Shown: positions 1 to 13,069 of the stretch, piece by piece | How the letters are laid out: each line of letters begins with the position of its first letter | How positions within the stretch are numbered: position 1 is the stretch's first letter | Source of the DNA: Rhizophagus irregularis | Taxonomy: Eukaryota | Length of the DNA: 64,000 bases | Assembly: GCF_026210795.1 (NCBI RefSeq) | Contig: NC_089432.1 | Span: 3,348,001 to 3,412,000, forward strand | Reading direction: 5' to 3' | Notes under the pieces: generated by a model | What the model saw: only the letters and a program-made list of their open reading frames with translations | Told to the model about the DNA's origin: nothing | The model's database searches: none | Made by a program: the position numbers and the translations under genes

Positions 1-1317
1 AATCGCACACCGTGATTTGGTAATTTATTTTATACTGTACTACAATTATATTTGTCAAATGTATGATAATTACTCATTCATTTTATTTTTAATGTACCGT
101 ACTTGAAATAATAGCATTCTAATAATGTATTAATTCATCAAAGTGTCATTAAGTTAACCGATTTTGGACTGTCAAAGCGAATCGAAGAATCATCAAATAT
201 TCAACCAAAATTACATGAAAAGGTCACGTATATTGATCCAAAAATATTTAATCAAGTGCAAATCTATTCATTGAATAAAAAGAGTGATATATACAGTATT
301 GGCATACTCTTTTGGGAAATATCTAGTGGCCGACCTCCTTTTTGTAATGAACCTTGTGATGATAATAATTTGGCTATAAGAATTCTACATGGTCTTAGAG
401 AAGCACCTATTTCTGATACACCTGAGGATTATATAAAACTTTATACTGGTAAATATAAATCTCAATTCAATTTTTAATACTGTTTAATTAATTTAAATTT
501 AAATTTTATTTTATACCATTTAGATTGTTGGAATAGTGAACCGGATAATCGTCCAACTATTAATCAGGTTGCTGATAAATTAAAGGCAATTAGTACAAAA
601 AATAATAATTGTAATATTAATGCGGATGTCCAGTTATTAGGTGAACAACCGTTTAAGCTTAAATCGAATGTTATTGAGGTTCCTAAAAATATTAAATATT
701 CACCATTTGAAAATTTATCACAAGTTATCCAAAATTTTGGCAAGATAAACATAGAAGAAATGGAACCTACAACATATATCGTACCTGTTAATATTATAGT
801 TGATGAAATAATAAATATTCTTAATAAATTAGAAGAAGTAGAAGAAAAACAGGAAATTCTTAATTATCTTAATAATTATAATATAACTTCACAAGAAATT
901 TATTATTGGTTATTAAATAATCAAGATAATTCCAATTCTGTTCTTCTGCTTGGTGTATTTTATTATTTAGGAATTTGGATTGATGTTAATAAACAAAAAG
1001 CATTTGAATTATACCAAAAAGCAGCAAATTTAAGTAATAGCATAGCTCAATATAATCTTGCTTTTATGTATGATAAAGGAGATTATGTTAACCAAGATAG
1101 AGAAAAAGCCTTTGAATTATTTAAAAAATCATCCGAGGGCGAATATCCAGAAAGTATATGCATGTTAGGATATTATTACCAATATGGTATTGAAACCGAT
1201 TTGGATAGTAAAAAGGCATTTGAATTATATCAAAAAGCTGCAAATTTAGGAAATATTATAGCTAAATATAATCTCGCTTTTATGTATAAAAACGGAGAAA
1301 ATTATTGGACAAGTTAG
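1..1317 (+). CDS. Kinase-Sel1 repeat gene g1 (5' part outside window; last Sel1 repeat appears truncated)
   Basis: Exons <1-19, 115-448 and 524-1317 with GT..AG introns. Spliced translation gives HRDL|HSNNVL..TDFG..YIDPK..SDIYSIG..CWNSEPDNRP, followed by Sel1 repeats (AQYNLAFMY, KAFELYQKAA). Confidence 0.85.
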
Positions 1318-1757
1318 ACGATTCGTAACGTTAACCAATATAAATACAACACCGTACAATATCCATAAAGTATTGCATGTCCGGTTGATAAAAAAGCATC
1401 TGTTATTATTGTTATTATTATATTTACTTTATGGGAAATTAGCAAATTAAAGTATCAAACTCAATGTAATAATATAAAACCAATAGATTAATTTTATAAG
1501 TCGTGGCTTAAAGAATTTTAAAGATTTAATTAATTGATAAGGATTTGGGTCAATACACAATTTACAAGTGGGGAGTGTCTTTGTTTCGGAAATCATAGTG
1601 ACAACTCAGACGATTAAATTAATTATAAGAGTTTATAGATTAATTTATTTTGTGAATATAAAGCTATATAAAACTAATAATTTACAAATTTTTAATATAT
1701 ATTATGTACGAAATACAATTATATAATTTACAAATAATTATACAAAGAAATGTTTAA

Positions 1758-4129
1758 CTAAATTATCTTACAATCATCATGTCTAGTTTTTGAAAGCTGA
1801 CATAATTTATAATAAGCTTCTTTATGTCCTTGGTCAGCAGATTTTTTATACCAATATGCTGCTTTATCATAATCTTTTGCAGTTCCATATCCATTTTTGT
1901 ACATAAAAGCAAGATTATATTGAGCCTGACTATCACCTAATTCCGCTGTTTTTTGATATAATCCGAACGCTTTACGCTTATTAATTTTGGTTCCTATTCC
2001 ACTTTCATAACAGCGTCCTAACATTACAATACCGTCTAAACATTCTTCAGCTGATTTTTCAAATAATTTAAAAGCTTTACTATGATTTTTATCAACTCCA
2101 TCTCCATTTAAATATAAAAGACCAAGATTATATGTCGCTAATAAATTTTCTTTATCCGCAGCTTTTTGATACCATCGGGCGGCCAATTTTAAATCTTTAT
2201 CAACACCTATTCCCATACAATAACAATAACCTATATTTAATTGTCCCGCTGCGAAATCTTTATTCGCTACTTCGTTAAAATATCCAATAGCTAATTTTTC
2301 GTTTTTTGCAGTTCCGTATCCCTTGTGGTAGCATATTCCGACGTAATAATTTGCTAATATATAGGACTTTTTCTGTCCTGATGCATTATTATTAGATATA
2401 TTAGATGCACATTTAAATAATCGAAATGCACTTTCATAATTTTTACTTGTCTCAATTCCCACGTAATAAAAATATCCAAGCAAAAAAATGAAGTCTAAAT
2501 CATTCTGATTATCTAATAATTGTTTATAAATTTTCAGTGAATCTATCTCATTTTTATTAAAATAATCTATAATATTCTGTCCTATTGTTGTTGTTTCTTT
2601 TTTTTCTGTTATCATAAAAACAAATTCTATTAACTTGTTAACTACATTCGGATCCTCTTTTTCGGGTAAAATATTAGTGTTTCTACCGGATGATATTAAA
2701 ATTTCTGTAATTTCTTTATTAAAATCAGATAATTCTCCTCCGTTTAATGAATTGTTAATACTTACATGGAAAGGTACTGGTTCATAATTATTATTATTGG
2801 TATGTGTCACGTCAATAATTGTTTTTAATCTATTAAACACATCATTCATATTTGGACGATTATCTGGTTCACCATCCCAACATTCTAAATGAAACAAAGT
2901 AAGCTTTAGTTAAAATGTCGTTGATATTATCGTTATATTACATATAATGAGTTGACTAATAATATAAATAATTTAAATTATATTTACCAACATAAAGCTT
3001 ACTATAATTAGGCGGTGTATTTGGAACAATCGTTTCTCTGAGACCTTGTGTGATTCGTTTGGCTAATTCACGATCATATTGTTTGCCTTCGAAAGGTGGT
3101 TTACCGCTTGATATTTCCCATAGAAGCACACCAATACTGTAAACATCACTTTTCTTATTTAATAAATATGATTGTTCTTCAACGAATCCTTTTGGTTCAA
3201 AATACGGAATAACACCAACTAATCGTGATTGAGGGTTGGATATTTCTTTAATTCCTTTTGATAATCCAAAATCAGATACTTTTATTGTATTTTGATGAAC
3301 TAATACACTACCGGAATGCTATTAAATAATACAAATTAATAAAATATCAAATACAAGTAAATCTTACAAATTATTAAATTATGATAAATTACCAAATCAC
3401 GATGCACAATTTCTTCATTATGTAAACACAATACTGCACAAGTCAATTGATATGCCAAATTGTATTTGTCATTCCAAGTAAGTTTACCGAAGTTTCTTTT
3501 CAAATAGTTTTGTAAGGATCCGCCATCAGCATACTCCATTACTAATAAATAATTTATTATCTGATCATTCGAAATTTCTATATTATAAAGAAAACACGTT
3601 ATTCAAGTGTAAATATACTGTATAAAAGGATTGGTTTCATTTTTCAATTTTTTTTTTATTTTGGCATCTTTTAAATACGATTCCCGTATAGAAAAAATGG
3701 ACGCTTAACGATTTTTCTTAAACGCTGAATAAGATAATAATTAATTTATTATTTACCTTGAGTAATTCCATAATAACTTATAATATTACTATGAAAAGCA
3801 ACCTCCTGTTGAAGACCGAGCTAATTAATTATAAAAAAAAAATAACTTCGGTTAAAGTTATTTAAAGGCATATTTAAGAATAAGTATATATATATAGGTA
3901 CCTCATGAACAAGTTCTTTAATAGTAATGTTATCAAGTTTGTTAAAAGATTTTAACGCAAAATATTGTCCTGAATTTCTCCAATTTGCACGATAAACTTT
4001 ACCAGAGTTGCCAGAGCCAATTTCTTGAATATTACTAAAATGCTTATGTTCATAAAGCTTAATGTATTTTTTAGAAATAGCATCCTCAATCCATTCATTA
4101 TAATTGCCAGTTTGGTTGTTATGAGACAT
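1758..4129 (-). CDS. Kinase-Sel1 repeat gene g2 (5 exons, about 7 Sel1 repeats, ends CKII)
   Basis: Exons 4129-3902, 3820-3757, 3577-3393, 3318-2988 and 2884-1758. Motifs [40 protein letters not shown]; Sel1 repeats in the last exon. Confidence 0.9.
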
Positions 4130-5054
4130 AGTGAGCTTTTTTCTGTAAAAAAGCTTACACAATTTTACGGAAAGTTTTGTTATTCGAATGTAGAAAAAAT
4201 AAAATGGCGTTTTATGCAATTATGTCACTCTCTACTACGCCTGATTATTATGATTGGCCCAATCATTGACATTGTAACATTGTTTATCGATCATATGAAT
4301 AAATATTTACCGCCAAAATAATTAGTATTGTCGGAGTTAATATGCACAAATATTAAAATCAGGTAATTTGAATTATGTCCGGCGTATTATTATAAGAAGT
4401 ACAGTGCGGGTCCCAAAATGCGTAGCGGCAAGACATACTTGATATCGCTTTAAAATCTACAAACTTTCTTTGCTATTTATTTATCTATTTATTTATTTAT
4501 TTATTATTTATTTATTTATTTTGAATTAGTACCGCATTTCTTTATTAAAATATATAAAACTATATCATAGATTACATATTTTTAAGAAATACCTAGAAAC
4601 GCACGTTCCAAGGATTATGCATCTCTATAATTAAACATTCTATCTAAAGAGCTGATCTATGCAAATCTATACTATACTAAAATCTCTTTTGTATTTATTT
4701 TGAAATTAATTAATTAATTAGTAAATTTTGTAAGCTTAATGACGAAATATACACGTAAGTTGATTTCGGTTCACGACTCCGTTAAATCAACATACGCTTA
4801 TTACTTAATTTGGAAATGATGTTCTACAAACATATAAAATAAGGTACATAAAGGTGCTACGTTTACACATTTCTTTTATAAACTTTCCAAAAATGACAAT
4901 ATAACAAAGACTCGTCACAAAAACCTGTTAATAGAACAATGAAATCAATATATATGTGCGTTATTTTAAAAAAGTAAAATTTTTTTTTATTCAACGCACA
5001 GTTTTTTATTTTATGCTTTTAATATTACTGTAGTGATTTTTTCCAGTATTTTCC

Positions 5055-7204
5055 ATGTTTTACGCTGAAACCGACTATTTAAACGAATTAACTGATTTAA
5101 TAAATCAGGTTGAGGATGCAATTTCTAAAAAATATATTAAATTTTACGAATATGAACATTTTAGAAATATTCAAGAAATTGGCGCTGGAAGTTTTGGAAA
5201 AGTTTATCGTACCAAATGGAGAAATTCCGATCAATATTTAGCATTAAAGTCTTTTTTTAATCTTGACAACATTACTATTAAAGAACTTATTCATGAGGTG
5301 ATTATAAAAATCTTTTTTTGAATTATTTCAATTGTAACCAGCGTCGGCACGGAATATTTATTCGGATGTCGTCAGATAATCGTTAAACGGAAACTAAAAT
5401 TTTTATACTTAATAAATATTTTTATATGATCTATTAGCTTGAACTTCAACGTGAAGTGGCTTTTCACGATAATATTATTAATTTTTATGGGATTACTACT
5501 TCAAATCAAGGTATAAAATAGTTAACACTTTTTTTGATATTTTAAAGACATTTTTTGTTTATAATAACCTTTTTTTATTTAGAGTTTTCGCATAATATAA
5601 TGACGAAGAATTATTTATTAGTAATGGAGTATGCTAATGGTGGTTCTCTCCGAAACTACTTGAAACATAACTTTAAGTATCTCTCTTGGAAAGATAAATA
5701 CAAATTGGCATATCAATTAGCATGTGCTGTATCATGTTTGCACAGTGAAGGAATAGTACATCGTGATTTGGTAATTTATTAATCTAATATTTATTTTATT
5801 AATAATTATAATGATTTGTTTATTAATATATTGATTTAAATCTAATAGCATTCTGGTAATGTATTAATACATGAAAATAACATCAAGCTAGCTGATTTCG
5901 GATTATCAAGAAGAATTGAAGTATTATCCAAAAAGCAATCAACTCTATTTGGAATAGTTCCATATATTGAACCAAAAAAATTTGGGACGAGCGGCAATAA
6001 TCAAAACTCTCTAAACCAAAAGAGTGATGTTTACAGTTTCGGCGTATTACTTTGGGAAATTTCTAGTGGTCAACGTCCTTTTTGCAATGATGCATATGAT
6101 GCTGGTTTGGCTACGCAAATTTTCCATGGGCGAAGAGAAACACCTATTCGTGGTACTCCCACTGAATATTCTAAAATTTATATTGGTAAATATATTGTTT
6201 AATTTTAATTATAGTAAAGCCACCTAATATTCTATTCAGGTTATTGATTATAAGCAATAATACAGTTATTGATCGAGTAAACATATTTTTTCTATCTTTT
6301 AGAATGCTGGGATGGTGAACCAGATAATAGACCGTCTATGGTTGAAGTTGTTAAAAAATTAGAACCATTTATTCCAAAGAAAGTTGGTAATTTAAAGATA
6401 ATCGAAGCAAATGATGACATCGAAAATCCGTCATCGTGCATAAAATCATCTCAATTTATTAAATCTATTCAAGTTTCTGAATATACAAAAGAAGGCACGT
6501 CTAATAAAATTAATGAAGACAATGAAATTAAAAAAGCGTTAGCTAATAAAATAGTTGAGCTTATTTTTAAGGAAATAGATGAAGAAAAAGATCAAAAAAT
6601 AAGAAACCAAGTTATTCTTGATAATCTTAATAGAAATAAGATTACTTTATTAGAAATTTATAATTGGTTACATGATAATCAAAATGAACCAAATTTTATT
6701 TTTTTGCTTGGGTACTTCAACTACTTTGGAATAGGAACGGATGAAAATAATGAGGAAGCATTTAAATTATTTAATGATGCTGCAAGAAAAAACCATATAT
6801 TATCACAATATTATGTAGGATTATGTTATGAATTTGGTCATGGGACGGAAAAGAACGAGAATTCAGCTTTTGAATATTTTAAAAAAATAGCTGATCAAAA
6901 TTATGCATTAGGGCAATTAAAAATAGGCTATTTTTATTATAAAGGAATAAACACTAAGAAGAATTTAAAAGAAGCTTTTATTTGGCATCAAAGAGCTGCA
7001 GAAAATGGAAACCTAATGGCAATGTTCAATCTCGGTAAAATGTATAAAAATGGAGAAGGTACCGATAAAGATATCGAGCAAGCAATTTATTGGTGTAATA
7101 AATCTTTCGAAGGAGGAAATCAAACTGAAAAAGTTCAAAAATTTGTAGAAAAACTAACGAAAATTAAGAATAGAAAAACATGTAAAAAATGTACGGTTAG
7201 CTAA
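5055..7204 (+). CDS. Kinase-Sel1 repeat gene g3 (5 exons, ends CTVS)
   Basis: Exons 5055-5297, 5438-5510, 5583-5770, 5849-6185 and 6303-7204. Motifs GAGSFGKV, ALK, HRDL|HSGNVL, ADFG, YIEPK; about 4 Sel1 repeats. Confidence 0.9.
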
Positions 7205-7440
7205 TAAACTAATTTATATATTTGTAATATTTATCAACTAGTCACTTCATTATACATAATAAATACAAATGTTTTTTATTTGTCGGACGGGTTTATTCGT
7301 AATTTACTCGTCTATTTTTTTTATTAATTTGGCATTGGGCTTAAAATTTCAAAATTCATCAATTCATAATTTTACGTCATTCCTACATAAAAACTATCGC
7401 GTAAATCAGAAATTAATCACGTAAATTTTAATTTTATGAT

Positions 7441-7647
7441 GGTAGCCGGATTCATTTTACTGGGTTACAAATAACATTATGGATGTGACAATCAATGGGC
7501 GACAATTAGAGTTTTTTTTCTCTGGATGTAACAGTTGTGACACTAAGTGTCAAATTACTCTCCTTACCCTAATCCTAATCCTAACCCTTAACCTAACTCT
7601 AGTTCTAACCTTAATTCTAAAGAACCGGCAAAATGAATCCGGCTACC
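7441..7647. mobile_element. Non-autonomous TIR element (MITE) with internal telomere-like CCTAAC/CCCTAA repeats
   Basis: GGTAGCCGGATTCATTTT at 7441 is inverted as AAAATGAATCCGGCTACC ending at 7647. Degenerate CCCTAA-type repeats at about 7562-7620. No clean TSD. Confidence 0.7.
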
Positions 7648-8153
7648 ATTTTTGGAGGCGACGGGTTCGTCATCCTTAACTTACGCATCATGTGTACGAT
7701 ATTAACGTACGCACCGACCGGTTATTAACGCTATCACGTGCAAGTGCATAACTCCTAAACTCCGATAGGATGTATGCGTACGTCAGCAGAGATCCGGATT
7801 TATCATTTATTTTTTTTTGTGTGTTATCTCACATATTATAGGAGGAAGTTTGAAAAAATAAAAAAATTTTTCATTCATTCATTCATTTATTTATTTATTA
7901 TTTTTTTTTTTGATATACATTTTATTCCGATAAAAAATTACTAATTATAGTAAGAACCATTTGATAATTCTAGCCGGCTTACGTCTTAATGCAGGCCAAC
8001 TTAGGTTGCGCTAGTGACACGATAATACTGTAATTTTAGCCAAAAACGATTGAAATGAGCAATAATGATAGACTAGTTCACGAGTCGGAATAAAATTGTT
8101 ATTGTTACCATCGTTTTCTGGTGTTCGGTAGGTAGTAATAGAAAGAAATATAA

Positions 8154-8395
8154 CCCTATAAAAAAAGTTGTCCAAACACTGTTCAGTTTTTTGTTCAGAA
8201 AATTGACCCCGTTCCGAACATTTACTTGACATATATTGGACAATTATCATGATATTGTACGTTTTTTATGTGGTCGAAAATTCTCAATCTCTGCATCTTG
8301 TACTAAATGGTAACAAATATTGTATAATAACGTGCGAGCGTTCGGAAAATCGACCCCATTCCGAATATTTATCAGACAAACATTTTTTTATAGGG
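8154..8395. mobile_element. MITE with CCCTATAAAA termini and 3-bp TSD (TAA)
   Basis: CCCTATAAAAAAA...TTTTTTTATAGGG with TAA on both sides; internal direct repeat GAAAAT(T/C)GACCCC(G/A)TTCCGAA. Confidence 0.8.
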
Positions 8396-9645
8396 TAAGG
8401 ATCGGTTAATTTATAACAATCGATAAGGTAAAGCCCGTAAAGGTGTATATGGATAGTCGATAATAAACGATTATAAGCGATAATAAATAATGTGATAGAT
8501 TAAAGGTAGATCGAGTGGTGTGTATATAAAAAAAAACGATTAGTTATCAAATGTATACGAAAAATCAACGATATATAACAAAATTAATAATTGATAATAA
8601 ATGATGGTGAACGATAATAAATAGTAATAAACAGTGTGTAAAAAAAATGATAAAATGTGTATGCACAATACGGAAACAGATCAGTGGCTTATTAACAATA
8701 AAACAAAATACGATATTACTGCTTCTATCGGCGCTCTGTAATATCCGTATATTATCGGCTGATAATAAAACCTAACTAACTTTTTCTAAACGAATTCAAA
8801 CTGAACTTTTACAACTATAAACGATGGTCCTTTTTATAATATTAGATTTTTGGTGCAATTCTGTCTTTTCGAACAGAATCGCTATTCGGCCATTATTACC
8901 TCCCGGCCAATTGTGGAGATCTGGGCACATTTGTCTATACAGCCACCTATATTCAGCCACCTATATTCAGCTACCTTTCTATCGCTAAGCTTCCGTTTGT
9001 TATCTAATCACTAAATAACTAATACTAAAAATAAACAAACAAAAATGAAAGATAAACATAGAAATAAAAATAAACAAAAATTATCCCGTGACATTAAAAA
9101 TCATAAAAATTCCGTTTTTTCTATAATACAGCAAAAATTCCGATTTATTTATTTATTATAAAAATGTAATTTTTCCGGTACGTTAAGGAACTCTCCAATT
9201 TGTAATTCTGGCCGGCATCATAAATTTGGCCTGAATTAATTCTAAATGACTCAAATGAAACAAATGACCCATATGAGGGTCATTCAGGGGTCATTTCAAA
9301 TGGCCAAATGACCTATCATTGAGTAGATAGAGGAGATAGCTTTTATATTTTTTTGGTATCAATGATTGTGTATTGTTTACTTTATATGCATTTTTTTAAA
9401 AATAATAATCATTTCCTTAGCACTTTTGGCGTGTGAAACTTATTCGCGATAGAAAGTAGTAGCGAACAAAATTGTAGAAAATTAATTACAAAAGGTATTG
9501 GCAATAGATCGGAATTTATTAACAAAGTTCTACTGTAACAAAAATATATTATTAGGAAATCTAGGAAAACGGAAACTGTTTCGCGTTTATTTAAAAAAAA
9601 ATTACGAAAGTTAGCATATAACAAAATATGCAACACCAAATAAAA

Positions 9646-9834
9646 CCCTGTAAAAAAATCGATCCGTTTTTTATATTCCATCTTTTTTCCGTAAAAGGCA
9701 GAATTAATAAGCTTATATCACGGAATTTATCGAATTATTTTCATTTCCGTGAATGGATCTGTGAACGGATCCCGCGAAAGGCTCATTTTTTACGGAGCTT
9801 TTACAGAAATAACGGATAAAAATTTTTTATAGGG
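9646..9834. mobile_element. MITE with CCCTRTAAAA termini
   Basis: CCCTGTAAAAAAATCGATCCGTT ... AACGGATAAAAATTTTTTATAGGG; flanks AAA/TAA give an imperfect TSD. Confidence 0.7.
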
Positions 9835-10346
9835 TAAACAGTGTTACGAAAATCAAAAAAGGAAAAAGCAAGGACTAATATGTGGAACTAGGTTTGTTTA
9901 TTAGAAGAATTGTTATATTATAAACATTATGTACTAGTGTATTTGGAAAATTGCATTACCACAAAATCGCAGTACAACTTCACTAACGCTCCGGGCAAAT
10001 TAGAGAACTTATTATATATAGTTAGATCTGTTTTTATAATACAGTGGATTAAATTAATAGACTAAAATAAATTGATTTGCTAATGTTTGTAATATATTTC
10101 AACGGATATATATGTCCATATAGAAAATAATTTCTTATAATTATCCGTTAATTAAAGAATCTTTTTATCTATTCGGATTAAATTATTGTTAGAAAATTAA
10201 CCAAATGTAATAAAAAGAAAACCATTCGTGAGAATTAAATATAAATAATTAAATTATTGGACGCACATTTATTTATACAATTACGTGTATGACGATTACG
10301 ACGCATCTAAGTGAAATGATAAAACTAGAATACAAAATACAAATTA

Positions 10347-12372
10347 TTAGCTGGTTTTACATGAATTAGTTCTTTTTCTATCCTTAATTTTCATTAATTT
10401 TTCTAAGTATTTTTGAACATTTTGATTTCCTCCTTCAAAAGATTTATTACACCAATAAATTGCTTTATCGATATCTTTATTGGTACCTTCTCCATCTTTA
10501 TACATTTTACCGAGATTGAACATTGCCATTAAGTTTCCATTGTTTGCAGCTTTTTGATACCAAATAAAAGCTTCTTTTAAATTCTTTTTAGCACTTATTC
10601 CTTTATGATAAAAATAGCCTGTTTTAAATTGTCCTAGTGCATAGTTTTTATCGGCTATGTTTTTAAAATTTTCAAAAGCTAAATCCTCGTCCTTTAAAGT
10701 TCCATGACCAAATTCATAACATAATCCTACATAATATTGTGATAATATATGGTTTTCCTTTGAAGCTTTATTAAATAATCTAAAAGCTTCGTCGTTATTT
10801 TTATCTGTTCCTGTTTCGAAATAGTTAAAATATCCCAGCAAGAAAACAAAATTTGGTTCATTTTGATTAATTAATAACCAATTATAAATTTCTAGTAAAG
10901 TTATCTTATTACTATTTAAGTTATCATAAATATTCTGATTTCTTATATTTTGATCTTTTTCTTCATTTATTTCTCCAAAAATAAGCTCAACTATTTTATT
11001 GACCAATGCTTTTTTGGTTTCATTGTCTTCATTAACTTTATTAGATTCACTTACTTCTGCATGTGTAAAAGCTTCAATTAGTTGAGACTTTTCATGTGAC
11101 GATGAATTTTTAATGTCAATTTCTTCAATTATCTTTAACATATCTGATTGTGGAGTACTAAACTCTTTTAATCTTTTAACAACATCGATTATAGAGGGTC
11201 GATTATCTGGTTCACCATCCCAACATTCTAATACATAAATAAAATATTTATTATTTAGATAAGCTTAAATAATTAAAGCGACAATACTTCACAAAAATTA
11301 AATATACTATTTACCGGTATAAAGATTAGAATATTCTCTGGGTGTGCCAGGAATAATTGATTCCCTAGAACCTACGTGAATTCTTATAGCCAATCTAACA
11401 TCATAATCGTCTTTGAAAAAAGGGCGTTGACCACTAGAGATCTCCCATAACAATACACCAACGCTGTAAACATCGCTCTTTTCATTTAGTGAGTATTCTT
11501 TATTTTCGCTCACAAATCTTTTTGGATCAATATAAGGTATTACGCCAAATAAATTTGAATGTTTTTTTGACGATGCTTCGATCCTTTTTGATAGCCCGAA
11601 ATCGGCTAACTTAATAGTGTTTTTATGAACTAGTATATTACCAGAATGCTGTACAAAAAAATTAAATACATTAAAAATATATTGCGAAACTCAACAATTA
11701 TCTTATTGTCAATAATGTTTGAATTAATTACCAAATCGCGATGCACTATTCCTTCATCATGTAAACATAGTACAGCACAGGCCAACTGATATGCCAAGTT
11801 GTATTTATTCTCCCAAGTAAGATTGCTGAAGTTCTTTTCCAAATATTTTCGAAGAGATCCTCCATCAGCATATTCCATTACTAGCAAATAATTTTGTGAT
11901 CGATCAATTTCATTATCTAATAGCAAAAGAAGCAATAAGTTTACTTGCTACAGCAAAATTAAATGATTTGATTTATCATTACCTGACGTAAGTTTTGTTA
12001 CTCCAAATAAATTGATGATATTATCATGAAAGTGTACCTCACGATGAAGGTCAAGCTAATGAAATGAAAAAAAAGAACGAAATCTATATCTTAAGAATTA
12101 TTATTTTTTTTTTTTGAAAGGAGTTATTATTATGCTTTGTATACCTCATGAGAAAGTTCCTTAATAGTAGCACTATCAAGATTAAAAAAAGACTTTAACG
12201 CCAAATATTGTTCCGAATTTCTCCATTTTGCACGATATACTTTTCCAAAACCACCTATTCCAATCTCCTCTATATTGCTAAAATGCTTATATTCATAATA
12301 TTTGATATGTCTTTTATTAATAGCTTCCTCAATCCATTCAATTGGTTTTTCAGTAACAGCGTTAGAAGACAT
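10347..12372 (-). CDS. Kinase-Sel1 repeat gene g4 (5 exons, ends CKTS)
   Basis: ATG at 12372 (MSSNAVTEK). Motifs [40 protein letters not shown]. Same four intron positions as the paralogs; Sel1 repeats in 10347-11141. Confidence 0.9.
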
Positions 12373-12485
12373 GGCAAAACAAAATGACAAAAAATCGAAT
12401 AAAAAAGAATAATTTTTTTTTTAAAAAAAATGTAAAGAATTAAATAAAATAATTCATGCGAAAAAAAAAAATTTTACTATTTCTA

Positions 12486-12523
12486 TTTCGTAAGAAAACA
12501 GGTTTTTTTCAAACGCCTTTGTG
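12486..12523 (-). promoter_or_regulatory. Conserved upstream motif shared by g4 and g6
   Basis: Reverse complement CACAAAGGCGTTTGAAAAAAACCTGTTTTCTTACGAAA matches CACAAAGATGTCTGACAAAAAAAAACCTGTTTTATTACGAAA at about 30068-30109. Both lie about 115 bp upstream of the ATG. Confidence 0.5.
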
Positions 12524-13069
12524 CAGCTGTGATTGTCATTCTTCATTTAAAAATTTAAAGAATAAAAAAAGCTCTTGTGTAAATCTTTCATTCGTTAATC
12601 ACGTGATTGTTCTAAAAATACTTACCAGAAATAGAAAAGTACAATCACAATTTTAAGGTTTATCGGAGATTCCAATTCCCCTCCTTAATTACACAACATG
12701 ATTCATTGTTTGGATAATATTGTTGAAATCATAATTAAATTCGGAAATAAGTTGAAAGCGATAATCAAATGAGTGGTTTAATAATAATTCAGTCATGGGT
12801 ATTGAAATTTGGACTTGCCCAACTGGTTTTTTAATTGGACAATTTTGAACACTAGTTTAATTTAATAATTTTAATAATTTGAATTAAATTAAAATATTGG
12901 CCAAAATTAGTCATAATTCTCATAATTCTGGCCTTAATCTAGCCTTAAATTAAATTTTTTGTCATGTGATCTGTCCAAATGAAAAAACAAGTTTTAGACG
13001 GTTTTGGATAAATGTCCAAAACGCCCAATTGCCCAATTGCCCAACACTGAGTCAGACAGACAGACTGTC

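Noticed and set aside
4666..4690. Helitron-like 5' end TCTATACTATACTAAA
   Set aside because: No convincing matching hairpin-CTAG end nearby; the candidate at about 8000-8015 is weak and would enclose g3 without other support.
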